A DNA stretch of 64,000 nucleotides from Octopus vulgaris (taxonomy: Eukaryota). Shown piece by piece: positions 26,859 to 40,640 of the stretch (its first letter is position 1; the number at the start of each line of letters is the position of its first letter). The position numbers and the translations under genes were made by a program. The notes beneath the pieces were generated by a model that saw only the letters and a list, made by a program, of their open reading frames with translations, ran no database searches and had not been told where the DNA came from. The stretch lies in contig OX597825.1 of assembly GCA_951406725.2 (NCBI GenBank), positions 6,758,001-6,822,000 of the forward strand, written 5' to 3'.

Positions 26859-26860
<2 letters not shown>
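26195..26860. repeat. Large near-perfect palindrome centred on a (TA)n tract
   Basis: 26325-26455 is the reverse complement of 26632-26772 apart from one microsatellite-length difference; flanking microsatellites are mirrored. Confidence 0.92.
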
Positions 26861-26897
<37 letters not shown>

Positions 26898-26959
26898 CAG
26901 AGAGAGAGAGACAGAGAGAGAGAGAGAGCAACAGACATGTAGATTGTGGTTAGTTACGT

Positions 26960-27240
26960 CAGTTCATCATCTGGTGAAGCTTTCTTGGACATTTTTAACC
27001 AATGCAACCCACCCACCTTGGTCCTGCATTAGTCAAAGAAGGTTTTGTGGGGAGGCATTCAATGTCTCCGGTAAGTTGATCAACATATGTTGTGTTTGGA
27101 TGACCTGCTCCAGTATGGCCATGCTTTGGCATTCATAACTGTAGGTCAGTTACCTGCTCTTGCTCAGCGCAAGACACTCCATGACTTACATACTTCAGTT
27201 GATTACTTGGAATCGACAGGAATGGCTCTGTTAGATATGA
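26960..27240 (-). mobile_element. RTE/RTE-X-like LINE C-terminal relic (different family)
   Basis: QLKYVSH...TDLQL*MPKHGHTGAGHPNTTYVDQLTGDIEC, frameshift, LMQDQGGWVALVKNVQESFTR**. Confidence 0.65.
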
Positions 27241-27296
27241 TCTCAGCCAACACAAAACTGACCTGACCGTTGCTATTAATGGAGAACTTACTAAAA

Positions 27297-27329
<33 letters not shown>

Positions 27330-28142
27330 ATGTATGCACACACATTTATATGTCTGTGTGTATTTGTTTGTGAGTGTGAGTGTATGTATTTGAAGATATA
27401 CAAAATGGATAGATATGTATTTATCTTACAAACACATACACAACACAAAAACAAAGAGTCAAGTAAAGTGATAGTCCCATGAAAGGGAAGAATGCTACTG
27501 TTATTTAGCCCCAGGTGACACCGTTTCCTGTTGGACTTGACACATTTCCCTTTTATGGGACTGTCACACTAAGTTGACAACGTACTATCACTTTATCTCA
27601 CTGCTACTGCATAAATCTTTCTGAGAGATTTAGAAATATATTATTTCTATTTTCAAAGTGTTAGTTGTATGAAAATCAATAAAATTATTCAGGAATCAGA
27701 AGTGATGAATTTTACTGACTTTTTCTCAGAAAGTTTGGTGCCCCTTTCTTTTCTGACATCTTGGTAATGTGAGGCAGATGCAAACAAGATATTTGCTCTG
27801 TTCTTCACCTCAAAACCAGCACATCGTTAATTCAAAGCGGTATTCGTTGAGCCATTTCATCTCTTCCAAAATGTATGTATGTGTGTATCTATGTGTAAGT
27901 TTGTGTTGCATCTGTATGTGTAATGTAGTGTGTGTATGCAAATGTCTATTACCTGTACATATATATATATATATATTGGCAGATTTTCGAAATCCAATGA
28001 ATCTTTATACATTTATACAGTTAGGAAATTTTACAAATACACTTTCTCAGGGAGATATGATAAACTTATTATAATGGGTAATACTACATGTACTTTTCAT
28101 ATTTTTTATAGTGTGATGTAACTCTTTGGAATAACAATGTTT

Positions 28143-28233
28143 GCAGCTGAAGAGAGCTTTAAACCATCTTTTATATCAATTATACACTGATGTAAGAACG
28201 GATTGTTTATAAAGCTTGAAATATGTGTACCGC
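28143..28233 (+). ncRNA. Hammerhead-like motif with extended stem II (degenerate)
   Basis: gcag-CTGAAGA-gagcttt-aaaccatc...gattgttt-at-aaagctt-GAAA-tatgtg-TA-ccgc; GUA triplet, one mismatch in stem I. Confidence 0.5.
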
Positions 28234-28265
28234 GATATCCTTTGTGTTCTGTTTTTAATTTTATT

Positions 28266-28299
<34 letters not shown>

Positions 28300-29712
28300 G
28301 TGTGTGTGTTTGTGTGAGAGAGAGAAAGGTTTTTGTGATTGGCCCATGTCCTACTGCAGCACCTTCACTGCACTGTTGCCATTTTCTACTTCAAAACTAA
28401 CCGATTATCATATTGTTGTACCAAGTAAACTCGAAACTCAGCAAAATTCTCACTTCTGCACCTGGTAATCACCTTGCAAAAACTGATTACCATCTCTGTT
28501 TTGCACTCGTTAACTGATGTCAGAAACTCATTACTTGATGCTGCAATTGTTTAGTTCTTAGACTTATTAATATCTTCCTTCCCTTTTTTTTGTGAGGTGC
28601 ATTCGATTTTTTTTTGTTCATGACTGAATGAATGCATGTATTGAACAGGTTTCAACAAGTACATGCATCATATGGGAACACTTCAGTAAGCACACACGCA
28701 CACGTATAGATACTTGTAAGAACCCATTCTAATGCATATATGGTGATTATACACACACATACACAAGCACATACACTCTGTATGTACCTGTAACATCCAG
28801 TCATAGTTTCTTTGTTCTGTTCTTCTATTGAAATGAAAACCTTACAGCCACAGAGAAGATACTTCTAACATTTTATATTAACTTTTGCATTTTATTATGT
28901 ATACTAAGTACATAAAAAAAGTCACCTGACTAACCTACTCATTAAGCTGATATTTAATTGATGCTTATCCATGAGAGTCAACTAAAATGTACTGTAAGAA
29001 CACTGACATGTGTCTCGCCAATTAGATTATGATATAAAGCAGTTAAACCTGTATTAATAAACTCCAGACCACTTTAAAATGGTAACTATTGAAGTTTTTA
29101 ATTTCTAAATCTTAAGGCAATATACAAACAATAGAATTTAGATAATCAAAATTAGAATTGTGATATAAGATATTTTTCTCTAATTAACATACTAATTATG
29201 GATTTCAAAAGGTATAATGTTAGACTTATTGGTAGCTTCCGTTCTTGCAATAAACTTTGTCAGCAAACTGAGCAGCTTGTCTATAATAAGAATTGGGGAA
29301 CTTGAAATGTCAGAAGCAATGAAGCATTTATCAATATATCTAATCTAAGCAAAGTCTTGAAGAAATGACAGAAAATTATATAATTCTAGAATTATATCGT
29401 CTCAATTCCAAAAATATCATGTAATAAATAGAAAATTGGAAATAAAGTTGAGATTTCATAAAAGAGAAATTTACAGTTCCAGTCCATAATTCAGAATATA
29501 TCTATGTTCTGAAGAGATTTTAAGGAGCAATGTGTAACTCAGATGTACCAATAGATCATCTCTAACTGAACTGATCTATGGCATGTAAACTGGTGGTTGC
29601 AATTTGCTTGTGAGAGACCAAGCCCTCACTTATCTGATGACATAAATGTATTCAACAATATGTAGAGGTTGATTGTGTGAATGACAGAATTACATTTTTG
29701 ACATGCTATACC

Positions 29713-29943
29713 TATTTCTTTACTACCCACAAGGGGCTAAACACAGAGGGGACAAACAAGGACAGATAAATGGATTAAGTCGATTATATCGACCCTAGTG
29801 CATAAATGGTACTTATTTAATTGACCCCGAAAGGATGAAAGGCAAAGTCGACCTCAGTGGAATTTGAACTCAGAATGTAGCAGCAGACGAAATACTCCTA
29901 AGTGCTTCGCCCAGTGTGCAAACGTTTCTGCCAGTTTGCCGCC
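29713..29943 (-). mobile_element. SINE family B with TSD
   Basis: 15-bp TSD ttgacatgctatacc at 29698-29712 and 29944-29958. Confidence 0.9.
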
Positions 29944-32900
29944 TTGACATGCTATACCAGTGGCCCACAAACAAAATTTGCTTAGTGGGTGCAAACTCAG
30001 GGCCTAAATGTTTTACAAACAAGGTCAATTTTTTCAACTGTAATATCAAAATGAACAAAGGTATAATAATAATTTTTTGCTCGTTTGGTAACAAAGCTTT
30101 TCAAGAGGGTGTCCAAAGTGTTTTCATTGCACAAGTTTTTATGTACGTGCATTACAGCACAGAATAACCTTAGTTTTTCTAAAGTGTTGTCAGAAGAAAA
30201 TCTTTGTGGACATCCTGATTTTCAGAAATCTAACGACAATAATTGATTCTTGCAACCATAAATGATATCAATAAACATGGAATCTTCAACCATTTTTCTG
30301 ATCAGATAGGAAATTAACTCTTTGTTTAAGCCACTGACTTACTTCAGCACCACATACTTCAGCAAGTTCTTTTATGAGATTTACAAAGTTTCCTGTGGCA
30401 TGTTAACTTTCTCTTCGAAGACGGAACTAGTAACTTCTTTTATCTTTTACTAAGGATGTTCCTTGATCCTTCAACAATGGAACTGTGAACTTTTATTGTC
30501 TTTCACTAAGAATTTCCTTAATTTTCTAATCATGAAAGTGCTAAGCACCATTATTTTTCACCAAGAATGTTCTTTATTTCTTTGAAGAGTATGAGGTTAT
30601 GTGTAATAGGCAATTATTTTCTGGTATTAAATTTTTGAAATATAAACCATCCCTTGGGTAGGGTATTTATCTGACTTGATTAGGTACCAATTCCTGTAGC
30701 TAGGTGAGAAGAGGCGATGAAGAAGAAGGATGTCTTTTGCTCCAAAAAAAATTTTAATAAAATACCTGCAGCAGATCTGAACATGTACAACCAATGCTGT
30801 TGTTGTTGTTGTTGTTGTCAATGGTTGCATGACTTGTCACTTTCACAGGTGTATAACATGCAACCTTTTATCATAAAATAAATCGTTACAAACTGATAGT
30901 CTATAACCATTTTTGTTTTTTTTGTTTAATATCTTCTCTGCTCAGCTATTTCCACTTCTAACATAATCTACAGGGATTAAACATTTGTTAGACTCCAGCT
31001 AAATCATTAAAATTTTAATTGTAATTTGCTATATTTCGAATCAATAGTTACTGAAATATGTAGGAAGTAGCAACATTAAAATGTTTCAATTTTCACCCAC
31101 ATTAAGACATATTGAAAACCATTTAGTGTGTGTGCGTGTGCGCTTGTGTGTGTATGTGTGTGTGTGTATGTGTGTGTGTGTGTGGGAGAGAGAGAGAGAG
31201 AGAGAGATTCACAAATCTGAATGGTCTAGGTCTTGAAACCCTTCCAACTAAAAGATCATTAAAAACATGGTCTGCCAGTTGTAAATGGAGAAAAGGGATT
31301 CTGGTAATTATTCACAAGATTTAATATTCTTATTCCCAAGATGTTGATTAATGTAATATTTAGATAAATATTACATTGAATCATTCAATTGAACGATCCA
31401 AATCCACAATCTGTGTCTGGAATTCTTGTGCCAGCCATTTTCCTTTCAGTTCTATTCTTAATACGATCGTTAAAGATATGGGCATCACAAAATATCCTTT
31501 TCCTTTCTTTAAATAATCCGACTTCTAAGAGACAGAATTTTCCTGCTTATATCTCAAAGACTTGCTGTGGTGAAGCAGAAAATGAAGAACGCAGATATAT
31601 ATTTGCAGGAAATCAAGATGTTTTCGCTCGTCAGTTGTAGCTATTTTACATCACTTCTATTTCTAATACCTTTCGTGATGCCATAAACATCCGCAGCCTT
31701 CAATATCTCCTCACCTAGAAATTTAAGGCCTTATGCCAATACTAAAAACAAAAAAAAAAAAAATCAATAATATTATTTATGAGAATTGTTCCCTATTTCT
31801 ATTTTCATTAAACACATTCTATTGATTTCCAATTAATAACTGAAAAAGATATTCTATGAAATATTGAAAAAAAAAAAAAAAAAAAGAAAATACAACAAAA
31901 ACCGTTTCTACATTGAATATAAATGTTTTTTTTCTATTCTTCTCAAATTTATCGTTGTCTGCTGCTGCCACTATTATCTACTAAAACTCCATTGTGAAGT
32001 AGAACAATCACAAATAGATGATATAAAATATTGCTGCCTGCTCAATACCACATATTAATTTTGAATAGCAATATTGTGGTCTTGAGACATTAATCTGAGG
32101 GAAAAGACTAATAGCTAAGCAACATGTTAGAATGCCTGACTACCAAATAAATGACTCTTGCTTCGTATCTCGGCACTGGCAACGTTCTTTGTTCCCCACA
32201 AAGACACTTCATTCTCAATGACCCTGCTTTTTTCCTGCTAGTTATATGTATACATTGGTGCTAACATACAAGATGTAGCGGGACAAAAATTTTAATTCAT
32301 TAAAATTAATTAAAATTACTAATATTACATGTGTGGAGGTGCAATGGCCCAGTGGTTAGGGCAGTGGACTTGCAGTTGGAGGATCGCAGTTTCGATTCCC
32401 AGACTGGGCGTTGTAAGTGTTTATTGAGTGAAAACACCTAAAGCTCCATGAGGCACAGGCAGGGGGTGGTGGTGACCCCTGTTGTACTCTTTCACCCCAA
32501 CTTTCTCTCACTCTTTCTTCCTGTTTCTTGAGTAACTTTGCGTGGGCTGGCGTCCCATCCAGCTGGATGGGGGGGAACACATACACCACAGAAACCAGGA
32601 AATCGGGCCCATGAGCCTGGCTGGGCTTGAAAGGGCGCATAAATAAAAAAAAATATAATACTTGTAAAGAAATGAAAAGATTTTGTTAATAAAGAAATTT
32701 TGTTCCAATTCTATGAGAGGCTGGCATCCTATCCCGGAGAGATGGCTCTCTACTATTTATCAAGATGGCTCACTGACGTTTCTTATAAAAGCAGTCAATA
32801 AAATTTAATCCTTGTAAAAAGCATCCATGCTAGCACCTCATATAAAGCACTTCTGCTGGCAGTGGCAAACTGGCCAGGTTGCCAGCTTGCCTGATGGTAA

Positions 32901-33402
32901 GTGGGCCCCAGCACAATTAGAATCAAATATGGGGGCCCATGTTAGTATATAAGGGGCCTATCCCCTCAAGTTTGAGAATTTTTTATTCACTCCTGGAAGA
33001 ATGCATTAAGAGGGTAGGATGTGAATTGAGTGAGATTTAGTTGCTATTTCTTGCAGATGAAGCAACCTCGTAGAAGATGGCTTTTTGGCTCATTGTAAAC
33101 AAGTTGTTGTTGTTTGACATTAGGAAGGGCATCCACCCTTAGAAACCATGCCAAACAGACAATTGGAACCTGGACAGTTCCCTGGCTGACCAACTCCTGT
33201 CAAACCATCCAACTCATGCCAGCATGGAAAACAGATGTTAAACGATGATGATGATGATGATATTGTTGTAGTTTAACCCTAGGTCCATCTGACTGAACAG
33301 ACTTTGATCACAAGCATCCTAACAAAGACCACCTGCTCTTCTTATTTTCTTTCTTGTGTCTTTCCTTTGTTCTTCTCTTCTCTGATATCCTGTATCAAAT
33401 AC

Positions 33403-33817
33403 CTATTTCTTTACTACCCACAAGGGGCTAAACACAGAGGGGACAAACAAGGACAGACAAATGATTAAGTCGATTACATTGACTCCAGTGCATAATTGGT
33501 ACTTATTTAATCGACCTCGAAAGGATGAAAGGCAAAGTCTACCTCGACGGAATTTGAACTCAGACCGTAACGGCAGACGAAATACCTATTTCTTTATTAC
33601 CCACAAGGGGCTAAACATAGAGGGGACAAACAAGGACAGACATATGTATTAAGTCGACTACATCGATCCCAGTGCGTAACTGGTTCTTAATTTATCGACC
33701 CTGATAGGATGAAAAGCAAAGTCACCTCGGCAGAATTTGAACTCACAACGTAATGGCAGACGAAATACGGCTACACATTTCGCCTGGCGTGCTAACGTTT
33801 CTGCCAGCTCGCCACCT
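33403..33817 (-). mobile_element. SINE family B dimer
   Basis: Two units joined at gacgaaatac|ctatttctttatt. Confidence 0.88.
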
Positions 33818-34714
33818 TGAAATATCAAATACTGCCTGATACAAGGTCCACTTAGATGTTATTTTGAAAATGGTAAGGAATTGGACTGCTGTTTCTAGCA
33901 TTCCAAGTAGCCAATACAGAAGCTCCATAGCACAATCCACTGTTTATAGCAGTGAGAGCACAATATATAATATTTATTAAATCCCATTCCAGTCCTACAG
34001 CAATATTGTGATCAAATCCTTCAATGGGGGTGGGGTAGACTACGGAGATCCTTACTTGATGTGAACAAGAAAAATCCCTGGTTGACGGATATTGCTGATT
34101 ACAAAACATCGGATTAATTAGATTTATTTATTTATTACACAATCATCATAAAATAACTTTTGGTTGATATTAATAATGAAGTACATGGAAATAATACGGG
34201 GTTGCAATACAGCAGCAGAAGCAAATAGGGAAGCATGCTTCACTAATTTCGAATATTGAACGGCAACAACAACAGGAAGAAGAAGAACAAGAAGAAGAGC
34301 AGGAGTGTGAAGAGTAACAAATAACAATGATGGAGATGTTTCTGTGTAGTGCAAGTGGGAAGTTGGCAGAAAGAGATGGTGCTTGGCCATGAAAGCCAAA
34401 TGGTTTATGGTGAAGGCGGCAGCAGAGTAAAATAAACACTTCCTTAAGTTAGTAAAAATTCTTTCAATAGGAGAGAGTTGTGTGTGTGTGTGTGTAAATA
34501 TATGTATAAACACATACGTATGTACATGTATATTTATGTATGTATGTATGTATGTATCTATATGTATATATATATATATATACATTCATACTTGCATATA
34601 TACTTGTATGTATATGACTGCATGTATGTGCATAATTGTGTGTGTCTGTATATATATATATACATATATACACACACATAGATACATACACATTCATACT
34701 TGAATGTGTGCATG

Positions 34715-34746
<32 letters not shown>

Positions 34747-35171
34747 GACATACACATACACACACACGCACGCACATATGCACACACTCATTCACACACA
34801 CACAAGCGAAGGGAGAGAATGAGATAGAAAGGAAAGTGTGGTGTAAATAGGAAAGGCAGCAAGAGAGAGAGAGAGAGAAGAAAGGAGGGAGATAGAGAGA
34901 GAGAGAGAGGAAAGGAAGGAGAGAGAGAGTGAAGAAAGGAAGGAGAGAGAGGAATAAATAGACGGCCGGCCATACAATATTTATATTCTTATACAATTTT
35001 AGTTAACAATGTATTGCATTACATGTACATTCTAATTTCCCAGCTTATGTTTCACCTGGATGCACCTGGGTGATTTGAAATGATTTAACAGTTAATCTCC
35101 ACTGCGCTGCAAGGAAATAAACAAAAGACCCTGACAACAGGGCTGCAGTAACATTAACAACAACAGCTTAC

Positions 35172-35385
35172 CTTTCACTGTTAGCCGTACCAAACGAGAC
35201 AGTTTATTAGAGGAACTAACTTGGCACTCATACACCCCTGAATGGGAGATTTGAACGTCTTTAATGAGCAAATTCCACTCGTGGGTTTGATTGTTGTGCA
35301 CCACAGATATATTAGCGTCTTCTATAAATGTGTAGGTACCGACTGTAAGTGGGTGTTGTTTCGGAGACTTTTTCAACCACGAAAC
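35172..35385 (-). CDS. Internal coding exon: C-terminal part of a V/I-type Ig domain, Dpr/Zig-8/lachesin-like neuronal IgSF protein
   Basis: Acceptor tctttctgttgacag|GTT and donor AAAG|gtaagc; 214 nt, phase 0 to phase 1. Translates VSWLKKSPKQHPLTVGTYTFIEDANISVVHNNQTHEWNLLIKDVQISHSGVYECQVSSSNKLSRLVRLTVK, carrying VSW, LTVG-YT, W-L-I and (D)SG-YECQ motifs typical of Dpr-family Ig1. Confidence 0.92.
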
Positions 35386-36304
35386 CTGTCAACAGAAAGA
35401 ACACAGTTTAGAAAAGGGAAAGAAAAGCCAAAACAAAAAGAAACAAAACAAAACAACAACAAAATAAAAACAAAAAAAAAGTAAAATTCTTAATTTTCCT
35501 GTTCAGTCTATCGTTTTATTGGAAATATTGATGAGAAAAACACCCCTGAAACATAATAATAGAGTTTTAAAATGTTTGGTAGGAAATTCAAATAATGCAA
35601 TTTAAAAGTGTTTTCATTACATTTCTTTAAAAGAAATTTTCTCTCTTCACTGAAAAGGAAACAACACTAAAAATGGCAGGATGATGTTTTTTTGGTCAGG
35701 AGTTCAAATCTTATGGGTGGGTTGACATTGTTACCCTTGGGAACACACACAAACACGCACAAACACACAAACACACACAAACACACAAACACACACAAAC
35801 ACACACACACACACATACACACACATGCATAAGCAAAGAGGGAGAATGAGATAGAAAGAAAAGTGTGGTGTAAAGACGAAAGACAGCAAAAGGGAGAAAG
35901 AAGGAGAGGAAGAGGGAGAGAGAGGGGAGAGAGGAGGAAGGGAGAGAAATAAATAGATTGTTGGCCATACAATATCATTAGTAATACTGATAATCGATTT
36001 AAAAGTGAGAATTAACATTGGGTAAGATCAGCATGATGGAAGAAATGATTGAGTATTGAACAAGCAGCTTTCATGATGTTTAGTTTGAAAAAAAGTGGTG
36101 AACTGGCAGACTCAGGCAAAATGTTTAGAAGCCTTTCGGCTGTCTTTATATTCTGGGTTCAAATGCTGTCAAGGCCAACTTTGCCTTTTGTCCCTTTCAG
36201 GGTTAATAAAATAAGTACCAGTTGAACACAGGGGTCAATGTAATCGGCTTACCTCCCTCCCACCAAATTAAAGGCCTTATCTCAAAATTTGAAACCAATT
36301 GAAA

Positions 36305-36640
36305 TGCCAGTGGCACTTAAAAAGTACCATCCGAATGTGGCCGATGTCAGCGTCGCTTTGACTGGCTTCTGTGCTGGTGGCACATAAAAAGCCCCAACCG
36401 ATCATGACTGCTGCCAGCTTCCCCTGGCACTTATGCTGGTGACACGTAAAAAGCACCCATTACACTAATGGAGTGGTTGGCATTAGGAAGGGCATCCAGC
36501 TGTAGAAACACTGCCAGATCAGACTGGAGCGTGGTGCAGCCTCCTGGCTTCCCAGACCCCGGTTGAACCATCCAACCCATGCTAGCATGGAAAGCGAACA
36601 TTAAACGATGATGATGATGATGATGAGGATGATGATGATT
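36305..36640 (+). mobile_element. RTE 3' UTR fragment (further copies at about 33115-33260 +, 39565-39925 +, 44640-44930 -, 59375-59640 -)
   Basis: Shared ggttggcattaggaagggcatccagctgtagaaac...aacccatgctagcatggaaagcg...(GAT)n. Confidence 0.8.
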
Positions 36641-36674
36641 TAGTTTGAATCTTTTATGTTCTTTTATGCTCTAA

Positions 36675-37455
36675 TCCATCCATCCACTTTTGATGCCCAC
36701 CACTCCTAGAAAGATTGTTGAATTAGAATCCTCAAGCATCTCCTTCATAGGGTCCAATCAGAAGCAACCGTCATTACACCTTCTGGTTAGATTTCCAAAT
36801 ATGACCAGCCGAGCCCATGGGTACCACCCAACCCTCTTGTTTCTGGTCTATTACTTGGTCTCTTGGCAGGTAACTCAGTTTGAGTTTGTCTTGTGATCCT
36901 TCCCTGTGGCATTCTAACCATATATTTGTGACACCAGAAGTGTGGCCTCTCAAAGGGGTAGTTTGACCTGGAAAGACCCCCTGATCTCCCTCTGAGCTAT
37001 TCAGCCAGTCAAGGATTGTTGTCCTTCAGAGAAAGCCATTTCAGCTATTCTTTCAGTTAATTGCTCAAAGTTCATGACCTTAGATGAAGTTAGGCACAAA
37101 AAAAAAAAAAAAATCCCAAACTGCCAATTCCTTCTTCTGCTGATTGAATGTTGAAGCTGTGGTACCTGTAATTCTAGCATCTATTTCAACTTCCCACTTG
37201 CCACTACTTTCTAAATTTGGCTCTGAGATACTTCAAATTTTCCATTTGTCTCAATGATGTTTCACTCATATAATCTCCGCATGGTTAATAAAATATTGAG
37301 ATTAATTTTATTGACTCTATACCTCTCAATAAAGTTTGTGGCCATGTGCCAATCTGTGAAAAGCGTATTTGCTAAGAGTACAAAATAAAATATAATTTCC
37401 TGGAAAGCAGCCTGGAGACTGTGTTGATTCCTTAGCAAAGTCAGTTCACTCAAAA
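36675..37455 (-). mobile_element. Old, decayed RTE/Rex3-like LINE relic
   Basis: Frame-broken peptides ANTLF, ENLKYL, EVEIDARI, AEMAF, RMPQGRITRQ...KRPSNRPETR appear in RTE ORF order; ends in (TGGA)n. Confidence 0.6.
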
Positions 37456-38973
37456 ATCAAGAGTCCTTGAGAAAAAAAAGTCTGTTAATGTTATGCTACC
37501 AGCCGCTAACCTTATGCTTTTGACATTTTGCACTAGAAATTAATATTTAGATTAAAGCAACCGTTTTCTGAAGTTCAGTAGTTTATAGCAGTGGTAAATG
37601 TAAATGGGAATCTTTTAAGGGATAGAATACAAACCTATAAGAAGTATCTACTGGTATTTACCCATTTAGTGTTTATATTACGCTGCCAAATGCAATGGTT
37701 ATGCCTTCATATTGTTTTGAATTAAACATGCGTTATCTCTTAGTTTTGGGATTTCAATGGTATGATTGTTTATTTTTAGAATTACAAATCCAGCCTCTCA
37801 AATCTACCATTTGAGAGGATGGATCTGGCCAGTTTGAGCAAAAAAACAAGTAGAATATTTGGGTCAGATATGACCTTTAAATGCTAAAGGATTAAACATT
37901 TTAATGGAGTAATTCAAGGAATTTGAATGTTAGATAGAATTTAGTATTTAGTTTATCATGTTTAAGATGGGGAGCTAGCAGAATCATTAGCATAACTAGG
38001 AAAAATGCTTTATGACATTCCACCTGCCTTTATGTTCTGAGTTCAAATTCCACTGAGGTTGACTATACCTTTTATCCTTTCAGGGTCAATAAATTGAGTT
38101 CCACTTGAGCACTGGGATCAATATGATAACTTACCCCATCACCCAAATTTGCCGTTCTTTTGCCAAATTTGAAACCAATGTTTTGTTTATCATGAAGGAA
38201 TTACAATGAAAGATTACAGAAATATTGGGGAAGAAATCTAGCGGTTTATCCATTTGGCTATTCTGAGACTATGTTGGGAAGAATATTCAGTTATAATAGT
38301 GTGGTTCTTGCAATATTTACAAATATTTTAATTCCTGAAGCTATTTACATGGGGAAAATATATGAAGAAATTCAATTAAAATAAATCAAATAGAGAGAAA
38401 ATAGTTAAATAATTTCTTTTATGAAAAAAAAAAAAAAAAACCCTTGATAATTGCATATAGCATTTGTAAAGATCTGACAAAAAGCTAAACATTCAATATT
38501 TATATATCTTGGCAGAAATATTAGCACGCCGGGTGAAAAGCTTAGCAGCATTTTGTCTGTCTTTAAGTTCTGAGTTCAAACTCCACCGAGGTTGACTTTG
38601 CCTTTCATCCTTTCAGGGTCGATAAATTAAGTACCAGTTGTGTACTGGGGTCGATCTAATTGACTGCACCCCCTCCAAAAATATCGGGCATTGTACTTAG
38701 AGTAGAAAAGATTATTGGTATTTAGGGGGTGAGGTATGGATTGTGAGGGATGTAGGCCAAAAGGAGAGAATTGGCTGGTGTTAGAGACAGCATGAGGTTC
38801 AAGTTACTTAAAGAGAGAGATAGAATTGGCTATCATAGGCTCTTGGAGGAATGGTCGGCAGTTGAATGTCATTGCAACGATCCTTTCTGAGTTCTGACTT
38901 TTGGTTATGTTGATATATTTTTGCATGTGAGTGTATGTGTGTGTGTACATGTATTCTATATGTGTGTGTACAT

Positions 38974-39004
<31 letters not shown>

Positions 39005-40177
39005 ACATATATTCTATGTGTGTGTAATGTGTACATTGTGTGTGTGTGTGCCTATGGTAGTTATTTCCTTTAGGGGTTTTTTGGGTAAAACATAAAATTT
39101 GCTGTCATTGAATTTAGTTAGAAAGCAAAGATCAGAGATACAATTTAATTACTGAGAGACAACCCAGAAGATACGGAAAATAATTGCATGGAGAAGAGGG
39201 TGGGGTTGGGGGGCGGTTTATTAATCTTTAGAAATAAACATGTTTTAGATTTATCTCTCTATGTTTCAGCTGGTTTATCTCTGGGATGAAGTTGTAAGAA
39301 AGGATCTTCACACACTGGGCCTCTCTGAGAAAATGACAACAGACCAGATATGGCAATTTACTGTACTTGATAAATGACTTGACTTGACAGCATTCCCCCA
39401 GGGTGGGTTGAGCTGGTTTCATTCATCCTGGGGGCCTAGGTTGGGTTCCAGATCAGCCTTGACTGTCATTAGCCAGGTTTTTCGTTGTCCACCAAATTGC
39501 TTTTGCCAACCCTGAAGGGGAGCTGGGGCAATTGCTTCATAGATGAATTCTCCCTCAAATATTCCTCATGTGCTTGATAAATATGTCAAGCTAAGCAAAA
39601 TTGCTGTCTTCCACATATACAGGTTTCTCCTTTCAGGTGTCAGTGCCACAATGAAATCACCCAAGCCAGTGCTATGTAAACACACATGTGCCCGTGCTGT
39701 GTGAACGCACCCATGCTGGTGCTGTGTGAAAGCATCCGTGCTGGTGGCACATAAAAGGCACCCGGCACACTCTGTTATGTGGTTGGTGTCAGGAAGGGCA
39801 TCCAACCATAGAGACCATTCCACAACAAGCAATTAGATTCTGGACAGCTCTCTGGATTCTGCCCAGCTCTGTGTCAAACCATCCATCCGATGCCAGCATG
39901 GAAAGTGGACATGGAACGATGATGAATAATGGTTGGTGCTACTTTGTACAACTGACACCTGAATTCACTCAGTGTATAGATTAATCTCTGGTTCACACCA
40001 ACAAACCCAAAACTAATTTGTTTCTAACCCAACTGACTTGACCTGCACCAGTCCAAACTGAACCTAAGCTACATTATCCTTCTTTTCCACTCTGACCTTC
40101 ACAAAATAATAACAGATAAAGAATTTCACAATTATCAATTCCAAATACCTGTAATGGAATTGAAGGCTTGTGACACC

Positions 40178-40640
40178 TGTGGAGTATCCCCTTCTCCCAT
40201 TACAATTATTTCTGTAGTCTTAAGGATCTGGAACTCAAAGAAGAAGCTTACAAGTGGAGAGCAATTCAAAAGTCATTTATTTTTGGTTCTCGTTCAAGTG
40301 GATCACTCCCAGTGACCATCTTTATGGCAGAACGTGGTTCGTTATGGCTCCGTTCACGTGAGGTTCATTACCTCTGGAGATAACAGGTGAAGTTAGAGCG
40401 GAATAAGAGTCTGCTGTGAGCTGCCAGCTTTGCAGTGTTTCTCAGCGTAAGCGAGAAGGAAGAAAGAGAAAGAATGTCTTAATTCTCCTGCTTAAATAGT
40501 CGTTACTGACAAGAGTCTTGCTGTTGTCTCGTGCATTTCAAATGGTTGCAGGTGAGATCTCACTCCTGTCTTGGACATGGTAATGGCTACCATCGAGATC
40601 TCATACAAGATGGCGCTGGCCTCTTGTGCCTCACTCCATA
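40178..40640 (-). mobile_element. Possible solo LTR
   Basis: About 460-bp GC-richer unique block bounded by tgtggagt / actccata (7 of 8 inverted); minus-strand TATTTAA near 40495 and AATAAA near 40278; no TSD found. Confidence 0.4.

Noticed and set aside
30180-30620. Possible decayed Tc1-like transposase
   Set aside because: Only a KSG-P-like tetrapeptide seen; no TIR or DDE motif.
34124-34440. Hydrophobic minus-strand ORF just downstream of the Ig exon (possible TM/GPI exon)
   Set aside because: No suitable acceptor found; the hydrophobicity derives from low-complexity (CTT)/(GTT) runs.
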